Shown one piece after another: positions 17,187 through 24,959 of a stretch of 44,027 bases of DNA (positions are counted from its first letter, which is position 1; every line of letters starts with the position of its first letter). The translations under genes were made by a program, and so were the position numbers. The stretch lies in contig CBFCZG010000002.1 in NCBI GenBank assembly GCA_965602375.1, positions 1-44,027 on the forward strand, written 5' to 3'. The DNA comes from an uncultured Phycisphaerae bacterium (GTDB lineage Bacteria; Planctomycetota; Phycisphaerae; UBA1845; DATKUK01). The notes under the pieces are model-generated. The model saw nothing but the letters and a program-made list of their open reading frames with translations. It did not search any database and had not been told where the DNA came from.

Positions 17187-18444
17187 AGTCGCCCAACGCG
17201 AATACATCGAGGCGGTGAAGACCAAGACCTTCATCGTCAGTGTCCTCATGACGCCGGTGCTCATTGGCATCATCATCTTCTTTACCGGCCGCTTATCGCG
17301 TGATGCGCTGGGTCCACGACCGCCGCGGACCGTCGCCGTGACCGATCTGACCGGGCGGCTGGGGGACTACCTCAAGGCCTCGTTCGACCGATACAACGAG
17401 GCCCACTCACAGCGACGAATCGTGTTGGAGTTGCTCCCGCCCGAGCCCGATGTCGACGGATTGCTCGCTCGAGCCAAGCAGCGGGTTCGCGAGGGCGAGT
17501 GGCATGCGTACGCCGTTATGGAAAAGGGCGTCGTAGATGGAGACGGCAAAGTCCGTCTTTACACCCATAGTAAGAGGGCGGCCGACATCGACATCGGCGG
17601 CACCATCGAGAGGCGTCTCACCGGGGCGGTGGTGGATATGCGATGCGCCTTGCGCGATCTGTCGCCCGCCCTGCTGGCGGAGATCCGCCAGGTACCGATC
17701 GAGCAACTTGCCGCCGACGTGGGTCCAACGTCGCAGGACACGCGCATGCGCCAGATCGACCAGGTCGTCAGAATGATGATCCCGTTTTTCTTCATGTTCC
17801 TGATGTTTATGGGGATCTTCGGGACGGGCCAACAGATGCTCAGCAGCGTCATCGAGGAGAAATCGTCTCGCGTGATCGAGATGCTGCTTTCGGCGTTGAC
17901 ACCGTTTCAGTTTATGGCCGGCAAGATCGCCGGATTGGCCGCCATCGGCTTGACGGTGATCGCCATCTGGAGCGTGCCGGCGGTGGTGGTGCTAGGCTTA
18001 CAGGGGATCAACCTCGACATGGGCGTGGGACTGCCGATCTGCTTCGTGATCTATTACGTCCTGGGTTTTCTGCTGTTCAGTTCCGTCCTGGCAGCGCTGG
18101 GGTCGATCTGCAACACCATCAAGGAAGCGCAGAGCCTCATGATGCCCATGAGCCTGATCCTGGTGCTGCCGATGGTGGCGTGGTTCAACATCGCCCAGAA
18201 CCCCGACGCCGCCTTCGCGCGGATCCTATCCTATGTGCCGCCGATCACTCCGATGGTGATGATCCTGCGGATCTCGGCCAGTCCGCAAATCGCCGTGGTG
18301 GAGGTCGTGGCCACCATCCTGCTGTTGGCCGCAACTGTTCCGGCAGCCGTATGGATGGCGGCGAAGGTCTTCCGCACCGGGGTTTTCATGTACGGCAAGC
18401 GCCCGGCGCTTCGTGAAGTGCTGCGGTGGTTGGGGGAAAAGTAG
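17170..18444 (+). CDS. ABC-2 family transporter permease (NatB-like)
   Basis: N-terminal (V)NRILRVAQREYIEAVKTKTF plus a TM segment, then a large extracytoplasmic loop and a C-terminal bundle of about 5 TM segments. The ORF track begins at TTG 17158. GTG at 17170 gives the family-typical N-terminus and overlaps the ATPase gene. Confidence 0.8.
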   Translation: MNRILRVAQREYIEAVKTKTFIVSVLMTPVLIGIIIFFTGRLSRDALGPRPPRTVAVTDLTGRLGDYLKASFDRYNEAHSQRRIVLELLPPEPDVDGLLARAKQRVREGEWHAYAVMEKGVVDGDGKVRLYTHSKRAADIDIGGTIERRLTGAVVDMRCALRDLSPALLAEIRQVPIEQLAADVGPTSQDTRMRQIDQVVRMMIPFFFMFLMFMGIFGTGQQMLSSVIEEKSSRVIEMLLSALTPFQFMAGKIAGLAAIGLTVIAIWSVPAVVVLGLQGINLDMGVGLPICFVIYYVLGFLLFSSVLAALGSICNTIKEAQSLMMPMSLILVLPMVAWFNIAQNPDAAFARILSYVPPITPMVMILRISASPQIAVVEVVATILLLAATVPAAVWMAAKVFRTGVFMYGKRPALREVLRWLGEK

Positions 18445-18478
18445 CGTGCCCGCTGTGGGCGAGCGACGTATCAGGGCG

Positions 18479-20047
18479 TCACTTCAAGACATTTGCGGGT
18501 GAGCGATCGCGCATCCGGCGAATACCGGCCCGCTGCATGTCGGCAGCGAACCGCTCGAGGCGCTGCTTGAGGGCTCGGCCTTCCGCCGACGCCTCCAACC
18601 CCACGAATTGCACGCCAAGCAGCAGGCAGCCGGCCCGTACGTCGTACCTGCGATTTCTCACTTCCGCCGGGATGATCAGCGGCTTGGATCCCTCGATGCG
18701 CAGCCACACAGCGACGGGGGTGCCGGGCTCGCACCGGCTCGGGTCCCAGTTCGGCTCGCCAGAGGACCTGACTTGAAGCGATGCACCTCCGGGACTGACG
18801 TCGCGCAGCATGGCGTTGGCCTTTTGGCGACGCGAGCGGGCGGCGGCCGATGGCCCGTCGGGCGGGCCCGGCCGGATCAAGACCTCGGTCAGCGGCCAGA
18901 CGCTCAACGGCGTGCGGAAGGTGCTGCGCTGCTCCACCAGTTGGGCCCGGCTCGGCGCCTGCAAGGTGAGAGCCGGCACCGGGCCGATTCCCGGCAGGTC
19001 GTACGACCGGTGCTCACGCACGACCGTTTCGAACTCGAGGCGCCCCCCGTGCTGCGGCAAGCTCAGGGTCGTCTTCCGGCCTGGCTGGAAGCTGTCGCTT
19101 GAGAGATCGGGCCAGGTCGGCCGCTGAATCGTCAGCCGGGCATTGTCGATATCGATCAGTCGTGTCGGCGCGGCTGAGGCATTCGGGTCATCGTCGGTGA
19201 ACAGAAATGCCACGTCATGGCTGCGGCAGTGCGACTCCAGCGTCTGGCGCATTGCACGAGTGACGGCAGCTTGTCTGGAGGTGTGGCCGGACCGCTTCGC
19301 CCGGCGCCGACCGATCTGGGAATTGGCCGACGGCATCCAATACCGTCGCATGAACGCCGCCAAAGCACCCATATAGTCGCGGTGGCTCTGGTCGCGGCTG
19401 GCCTGTTCGAAAACCAACAGGATCAGTGACTGGTCGCCGCCCAGATGGATCACTTCACCAATGCTGCAACGAAGACGCAAAGCCCCCCGCCCGGCGGGCA
19501 GATCGAACGAAATCTGGCCCGCGAGTCCCTGGACGTAATTGGCCGGCAGCGGCGACTCGGCGATACAGGCCGCTCCGCCGCTTGCAAGGTGGTGCAGCGC
19601 CCAGCGAACGGACCGTACTGAGGATCGTGGGTTCGGAAACCGAACCGTCGCACCGGTCGGCCCCTCCAATGCGATCGAGTCGTGCAGGTAGTCGAGGCTC
19701 AGCAGCAGCGTCGCCTGGCCGGGCGTCTCCACATGCAAGAGGTGCCCCCAGTCACTGGAAGCGGAAACGTAGTTTGCCGGGAGTGTCCTACAGGGGAGTT
19801 CAAGATGGCCGGGGGCCTTCGGGACGATCACTTCCACCGGCAGATCCCACAGAAGTTCGCGGCAGGCCGCCAGCGCATCGTCCATCTGCAAACTGAGCGT
19901 CTTGTCGGCCAGACGGACGACCCTGCAAGGGTACACACGCTGATGGCTGTCCAGAGGCGTGGTGACTTCAGCGCAGACGCCCGCGCGGCAAGCATCCGGC
20001 AGCCATGCTCCGGTGGTCTCGACAGATAAACGAATCGCGAAAGGCAT
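18479..20047 (-). CDS. PilZ-domain (c-di-GMP receptor-like) protein with a long uncharacterised N-terminal region
   Basis: C-terminal PilZ signature QRSTFR (RxxxR) followed by DVSPGG (DxSxxG). The preceding segment resembles a YcgR-type PilZN domain. ATG at 20047 (MPFAIRLSV); the ORF track extends to 20083. Confidence 0.7.
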   Translation of the reverse strand: MPFAIRLSVETTGAWLPDACRAGVCAEVTTPLDSHQRVYPCRVVRLADKTLSLQMDDALAACRELLWDLPVEVIVPKAPGHLELPCRTLPANYVSASSDWGHLLHVETPGQATLLLSLDYLHDSIALEGPTGATVRFPNPRSSVRSVRWALHHLASGGAACIAESPLPANYVQGLAGQISFDLPAGRGALRLRCSIGEVIHLGGDQSLILLVFEQASRDQSHRDYMGALAAFMRRYWMPSANSQIGRRRAKRSGHTSRQAAVTRAMRQTLESHCRSHDVAFLFTDDDPNASAAPTRLIDIDNARLTIQRPTWPDLSSDSFQPGRKTTLSLPQHGGRLEFETVVREHRSYDLPGIGPVPALTLQAPSRAQLVEQRSTFRTPLSVWPLTEVLIRPGPPDGPSAAARSRRQKANAMLRDVSPGGASLQVRSSGEPNWDPSRCEPGTPVAVWLRIEGSKPLIIPAEVRNRRYDVRAGCLLLGVQFVGLEASAEGRALKQRLERFAADMQRAGIRRMRDRSPANVLK

Positions 20048-20256
20048 CGGTCTCGGAGGACGGAGCAACACTATCGGCAACACAAAACGCCGATGCCATG
20101 ATCGGTCTAACCGTCCGCGTTCTTAAGCACCCAACCGATACCGTGTGTCAACAGGATCTTAGGGGCGTCCTAGGATGGTTGATAGCGTGCGGCGGGACAC
20201 TTCTGGGGCCGTGCTCAGCTTCCTAGCGAACTCCAGCGCTATCCCACAGATATTCA

Positions 20257-20285
20257 TTGCATGGACATCCAACTAACGGTATATT
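20257..20285 (+). promoter_or_regulatory. Candidate sigma-70-type promoter for the large exoprotein gene
   Basis: TTGCAT (20257-20262), 17-nt spacer, TATATT (20280-20285), located in the only clearly AT-richer patch of the window. Confidence 0.35.
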
Positions 20286-20291
20286 GTGTTA

Positions 20292-20629
20292 TAGGACCTG
20301 TTAATCCGAGAAGTGCGTTCGCGTGCGAGGCGCGGACGTTGCGGTGCAGGGAGCATGTCAGCGGGGTGACAAGGTGAGCCAGCCAGACAGGGCCGAGGGC
20401 GGCTCACAGGCCGGAGGGACTTAGGAGAGGCTGTGAGGGGAAGGACCGTGGGCTCTGGTCACAGCAAAGCTGGGGAAGACGATGAGTGCCCTCCAGCAGG
20501 GCGCCTCCATCGGCCATGAGAGAGTAGGTGGCCCGGTCCGCGCGCACGTCTGACTCAGCGCGGCCGGATAACGGGATGACGGGTAAGGACATTTTGGTAA
20601 GCTGGCCAAACCGGTAAGGAGGAGGACCC
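20292..20629 (+). promoter_or_regulatory. Long, highly structured 5' leader (about 340 nt if the promoter call is right)
   Basis: Hairpin 20315-20339. Mutually exclusive stems GTGAGCC(20374-80)/GGCTCAC(20401-07) and CTCACAG(20403-09)/CTGTGAG(20431-37). Hairpin 20533-20567. CCTCC at 20490-94 and 20504-08 could pair with the AAGGAGGAGGA Shine-Dalgarno (SD) sequence at 20616-26. Three GGTAAG(GA) repeats. Confidence 0.35.
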
Positions 20630-23600
20630 ATGCGAATCAGTATGAGTCTCTTGGTCGCCGGGCTGTTGTTCGCAACGGCCGGTCCGGCGACAGCCCACTG
20701 GGATCCCAGTCAACCGGCCAAGTGGGTGCAGGAACCCGATCTCTCTGACTACGGTCTGGATGTCAACGCGACCAATCCGTACATCCTGGCCGACGACTTT
20801 CCGTGCGAGGTGACCGGCCCGATCACTGATATTCACATCTGGACTTCCTGGTATCAGGATTATCTGCCCTTGGAAAGCGAATGGAATGTGGACTTCTTGC
20901 TGAGCATCCACGATGACATCCCAGCCGACCCCAATGCGGGCATCTACTACAGCAGGCCGGGGCAGTTGCTGTGGGAGCGATACGTGCCTGCCGGCGAGTT
21001 CGACGTGCAGCTCTGGGCCGACTTTCTCTATGAGGGATGGCTCGAGCCGCCCGACTTTTATGAGCCCTTCGGCGACACAATGTGCTGGCAGTACAACTTC
21101 TACTTTGACCCGGCCGATCCAGATGTTTTCGTGCAGCAGGGCTCACCCGACCAGCCGCTGATCTACTGGCTCGACGTCAGGGCGTTTCCGCACGACCCCC
21201 AGGCGTTCCTGGGCTGGAAGACATCGCCAATACACTGGAACGACGACGCGGTTTGGGACTACGGCACCGAGTTGCCAAGACTGTGGAGGGAGCTGCGCTA
21301 CCCGCCGGGGCATCAGCAGGAACCCAACTCGATCGACCTGGCGTTCGTGATCACGGGCGAGGAGGAGCCGACGGAGTACAAGTGGTCGCAGCCACCCACC
21401 GTGAACCCTCAGTACCCAGACTATTTCTACGGCTGGAATGAGGAGTCCATCTACAAACGCTTCCAGATTGTCGCGGACGACTGGCCCTGCCGCGACGATC
21501 GGCCGATCACCGACGTGCACTGGTGGGGCTCGTACATTGGATGGGACGGAACGTCCCCACCGCAGGAAGGGCTTGTTGGCTTCCACCTCGGCATCTGGAC
21601 GGATGTGCCGGCGGCCCCCCCTGAACCAAGTCACCCGGACACCATGATTTGGGAGTGGTGGGTCGACATCAATGAACTAGACGAGCGCGTCGTCGGGACG
21701 GACTACCACCCCGACCACGGGTTCGAGACGTGCTTCAAGTACGACTACATCATCCCCAACAGTGATGAATGGTTCTATCAGGACCCGAACCAGGATCAGG
21801 TCTACTGGATCAGCATAGCGGCCGATTACTCGGCAAGCCCGACCGAGCCGCAGTACCCGTGGGGCTGGAAGACGCGCCAGCCTCACTGGAACGACGATGC
21901 GATCAGGATATTCGATCCGATCGACCCGGTGCCGGGCTCGCCGTTTGTATGGGGAGACCCGATCGAGAACTGGGAGGGCTCGTGGGATATGGCGTTTGTG
22001 CTGACGTCGGTGGTGCCCGACCTCGACTTCGGCGACGCAGATGAGCCGCCCTATCCAACGACGCGGGCGCTCGACGGGGCCAGGCACGTGATTGTGCGGC
22101 CCGTGTTTCTGGGCGTCACGGTTGACCCCGAGCCGGACGGTCAGCCCGATCCACTTGCTTTAGGCGACGACAACGACGGCAACGACGACGAGGATGGCGT
22201 GGTGTTCCTCACCTGGCCGTTGCGGCCGGGCCAGTTAGCGGCCGTCGACGTGATAGCTAACGCCAATGGGATGCTCGATGCGTGGGTGGACTTCGGGGGC
22301 GACGGAAGCTGGGCAGAGCCGGGCGACCAGATCTTTAATAGCGTAGCCCTGGCGGGTCCGGCGACGACTACGCTGACGTTCCTGGTGCCTGGCACGGCGG
22401 TTCCGGGGCAAACCTTTGCACGGTTCCGGTTCAGCACGGCCGGCGGGCTGTCGTACGTCGGACAGGCGCCGGACGGCGAGGTCGAGGACTACGAGGTGTT
22501 GATCGAGGGGTGGCTCGAGCCGATGGAGTTCGAGTACTCGCTGGACATTGGCTCCGATCACGAGCTGAGCGACACCCAGATGGACGGCGACGAATGGTTC
22601 GATCCGGGCGACGTATACGATAAGTGGGCCGCGTGGTCGTGTCGGCCGGAGAACGGCTTCAAGGACGACCTGTCTATCTTCGGTCAGGACCCGCCGCCAA
22701 TACCGCTGGTGTCCGGCACGGAAGTGCCCATCGGGAGCGGCACGGTCCAGCAGTATGTGGACTACTTCGACCTGGACGGCCACGACCAGACCGACTTCGT
22801 GCTGGTCTATCCCTACGACGCTCCGATCATTCTGACCCAGCCGTCGACGTGTGTGTACGAGCCGAGGTATCTGTACTGGTCGTACGACGACGACATGGCG
22901 CCCGGCTGGTGTGCGCCCGTTCCGCCCGGCGGGGACGTGCCGGTGACCGCACCGTCCCCGGCAGGCGTGGTTTACGGGATGACGGCGACAGCGGACGAGG
23001 TGATGGGCGCGACGGTCGTGCCGGGTGTTCCGTCGGCGGTGGTGACGGGCCCGTTCGGTGTGGCGAGCGAGCTGATGGTCGCCTTCAGGCTGTTGGCGAA
23101 TCCCGATCTTGGCGAGCACGAAGACGACGACGTCGACTCGCTGGATGCTTACGCCATGCAGCCGACCGGGGAGGGCTGCCCGTACTGGTACTTCTCGGCA
23201 GACCACGAGGCATGTTGGGGCCCGGCGGGCGCGGCGCCGCTAGATCCGGGCGACATCTACCTGGCTAATCCGCCGTTCGGGCCTGGTCCGGTACTGGCGG
23301 TCGACAATTCGCAGTTGGGCGTGCCGGACGGCACCGATGTCGACGCGTTCGAGTTCGTGGTGCTGCCGATGCCCGACTATCCCGGGGTACTGGCGTTGGC
23401 GGTGCTGTTCAGCGTGGACGACGATGATCCGCAGACGCCCCTGGTCGACGAATCGGGCCTGCTGAACCCCAACGCGGTCTACGTGTCGTTCCTGTCACCG
23501 ATGGCCGTGCCGCCGCCGGAGTTCCTCGTCCTGCATGACGACGTGGACGCGCTGACGGTGTATCCGCAGGAACCGGTCAAGGCGCCGAACCTGATACCCA

Positions 23601-24127
23601 ACGTGGTGGGCAACATCTATCCGCCCGAGCCGTGGCCCGACAGCACGCTGCCCAAAGAGATCAGCAACGTGATCTACCTGGTGTTCGACGAGCCGATCGC
23701 CATCGGGGCGGCTCCTCCGGTAACGATCGAGCAGTTGCTCCAGTCGTGTCCGGAGCTTCTGGGGCCGGACCTGGCAGCTGGCTTCACGTACACGGTTCTG
23801 ACCAAGTACCAACCCAACGACACCATCAAGTGCAAGGAGAACGGAGCGGTGCTGGCGAACCTGACGTGGTATAGGGTCAAGCCGACGGCGAGTCTGACCA
23901 GCGCTGGCGGCGTTCCGTGCAACCCGTTCGTGCTCGACCTGGTGACCGTGCGAGGTGACGCAAACAACAGCAGCCGCGTCACCACGGCCGACTACTCGAC
24001 CGTCAAGGCTCACATGGGCGAACGAAACGATAATCGCTACGACCTCAACGGCAGCGAGCGCGTGACCACAGCCGACTATAGTGTGGTGAAGAGCCACATG
24101 GGCCAGCGGGCCCCGCTCAAGCCGTAA
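20630..24127 (+). CDS. Large secreted multidomain protein: two N-terminal repeats of about 220 aa, a GEVED domain, an acidic central region and a C-terminal dockerin-like pair
   Basis: Strong Shine-Dalgarno sequence. Signal peptide MRISMSLLVAGLLFATAGPATA. Repeat motifs KWxQxP...ADD(F/W)xC...PITD(I/V)H(I/W)W...GWKT..HWNDDA...D(L/M)AFV(I/L)T occur twice. GEVEDYEV is present. C-terminal duplicated Ca-binding-like DANNSSRVTTADYSTVKAHMG and DLNGSERVTTADYSVVKSHMG. Confidence 0.85.
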   Translation: MRISMSLLVAGLLFATAGPATAHWDPSQPAKWVQEPDLSDYGLDVNATNPYILADDFPCEVTGPITDIHIWTSWYQDYLPLESEWNVDFLLSIHDDIPADPNAGIYYSRPGQLLWERYVPAGEFDVQLWADFLYEGWLEPPDFYEPFGDTMCWQYNFYFDPADPDVFVQQGSPDQPLIYWLDVRAFPHDPQAFLGWKTSPIHWNDDAVWDYGTELPRLWRELRYPPGHQQEPNSIDLAFVITGEEEPTEYKWSQPPTVNPQYPDYFYGWNEESIYKRFQIVADDWPCRDDRPITDVHWWGSYIGWDGTSPPQEGLVGFHLGIWTDVPAAPPEPSHPDTMIWEWWVDINELDERVVGTDYHPDHGFETCFKYDYIIPNSDEWFYQDPNQDQVYWISIAADYSASPTEPQYPWGWKTRQPHWNDDAIRIFDPIDPVPGSPFVWGDPIENWEGSWDMAFVLTSVVPDLDFGDADEPPYPTTRALDGARHVIVRPVFLGVTVDPEPDGQPDPLALGDDNDGNDDEDGVVFLTWPLRPGQLAAVDVIANANGMLDAWVDFGGDGSWAEPGDQIFNSVALAGPATTTLTFLVPGTAVPGQTFARFRFSTAGGLSYVGQAPDGEVEDYEVLIEGWLEPMEFEYSLDIGSDHELSDTQMDGDEWFDPGDVYDKWAAWSCRPENGFKDDLSIFGQDPPPIPLVSGTEVPIGSGTVQQYVDYFDLDGHDQTDFVLVYPYDAPIILTQPSTCVYEPRYLYWSYDDDMAPGWCAPVPPGGDVPVTAPSPAGVVYGMTATADEVMGATVVPGVPSAVVTGPFGVASELMVAFRLLANPDLGEHEDDDVDSLDAYAMQPTGEGCPYWYFSADHEACWGPAGAAPLDPGDIYLANPPFGPGPVLAVDNSQLGVPDGTDVDAFEFVVLPMPDYPGVLALAVLFSVDDDDPQTPLVDESGLLNPNAVYVSFLSPMAVPPPEFLVLHDDVDALTVYPQEPVKAPNLIPNVVGNIYPPEPWPDSTLPKEISNVIYLVFDEPIAIGAAPPVTIEQLLQSCPELLGPDLAAGFTYTVLTKYQPNDTIKCKENGAVLANLTWYRVKPTASLTSAGGVPCNPFVLDLVTVRGDANNSSRVTTADYSTVKAHMGERNDNRYDLNGSERVTTADYSVVKSHMGQRAPLKP

Positions 24128-24155
24128 GGTGCTGCAATTCGGTGGATGTACGATC

Positions 24156-24192
24156 AAGGGGTCGGTGCTACGCCGACCCCTTGTTCTCTTTT
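24156..24192 (+). terminator. Intrinsic terminator of the exoprotein gene, overlapping the 3' end of convergent lspA
   Basis: Perfect 10-bp stem AAGGGGTCGG / CCGACCCCTT with the 7-nt loop tgctacg, followed by GTTCTCTTTT. The lspA stop codon (24168-24170) sits in the loop. Confidence 0.75.
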
Positions 24193-24941
24193 ACGGCCGA
24201 AGCGGGACCGCGCGGCGAACGTTGCGCCCGACGCTCGAGCATCGAATTGAGGATCAGTAGGATGACCCCCACTACCAGCAAGGTGTCGGCAACGTTGAAA
24301 ACCCAGCGCCAGAGTTCTCGGCCTGCGATGGTGGTCTCAATCTTGATGAAGTCACGGACTACACCTTGAGACCGGACCTCACAGTCGGGAGGACAGGTCA
24401 GCGTGCGGGTCCCCGCGCCAAACGGCTTGACTCGTATGCCCCGCGGCGGGTCGGCCTGGTCGCTCGGCGGAGGCAGCACGCGCCCGATGGCGAGTACCTG
24501 ACCTCCACGCGTGCTGATGATGTCGGCTTTGACAAACGCCCGATCGTAGAGATTGCCCATAGCACCGCCGAGGATCATTCCCAGCGCCACGTGCAGCAAC
24601 AGCTGGTGCCGATGGCTATGAGCGAAGATGTACACGACGAACGGCAAGGCCAGGATCGATGCCACGATGAAAACCGTGCCCGCGCTCGCTCCGAAACCGA
24701 AGAGAGCACCGGGATTCAACGAGAGTTCCAGCCTGAGAACGCTCGGCACGAGCACGGTGGGCCTGGCCCATTCGAGGTGTCTGAACGCCAGTTCCTTGGT
24801 GAGCAGATCCGCCGCCACGCCAAGTGAGGCGGTCATCCACAGGCACAGGTGGCTCGGCAGGCTGTGAAACGCGGAGTGACGCCGTGGGTGGCTGGAGTCC
24901 AGAGGTTGGTTACCGGCCCCACAGGTATCGGAGGTGGTCAT
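24168..24941 (-). CDS. lspA: Lipoprotein signal peptidase II with N-terminal extension and internal insertion
   Basis: Conserved LNPGALFG, GGAMGNLYDR and FNVADT motifs, so both catalytic Asp contexts are present. ATG at 24941 lies 18 nt after the dksA-like stop. ATG at 24836 is an alternative start. Confidence 0.8.
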   Translation of the reverse strand: MTTSDTCGAGNQPLDSSHPRRHSAFHSLPSHLCLWMTASLGVAADLLTKELAFRHLEWARPTVLVPSVLRLELSLNPGALFGFGASAGTVFIVASILALPFVVYIFAHSHRHQLLLHVALGMILGGAMGNLYDRAFVKADIISTRGGQVLAIGRVLPPPSDQADPPRGIRVKPFGAGTRTLTCPPDCEVRSQGVVRDFIKIETTIAGRELWRWVFNVADTLLVVGVILLILNSMLERRAQRSPRGPASAVKENKGSA

Positions 24942-24959
24942 GATGGCTCGCGAGGCGCG

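Noticed and set aside
16410-17276. 288-aa minus-strand ORF, with similar long antisense ORFs at 22235..23206, 23495..24157, 27933..28832 and 42750..43778
   Set aside because: All lie opposite genes with strong motif support and have shadow-frame composition.
20005-20226. 73-aa plus-strand ORF at the PilZ gene start
   Set aside because: It begins inside the PilZ coding region on the opposite strand, and has no ribosome-binding site or recognisable features.
20340-20600. Possible RNase P RNA, SRP RNA or c-di-GMP-I riboswitch in the exoprotein leader
   Set aside because: There are loose resemblances: GGGATGACGGGTAAGG is like an RNase P segment, and CACAGCAAAGC at 20460-20470 is like the GEMM ACGCAAAGC. 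The universally conserved cores are absent, namely GAGGAAAGUCC for RNase P and the GGCAAACC plus GAAA tetraloop arrangement for GEMM-I. I report it only as an unclassified structured leader.
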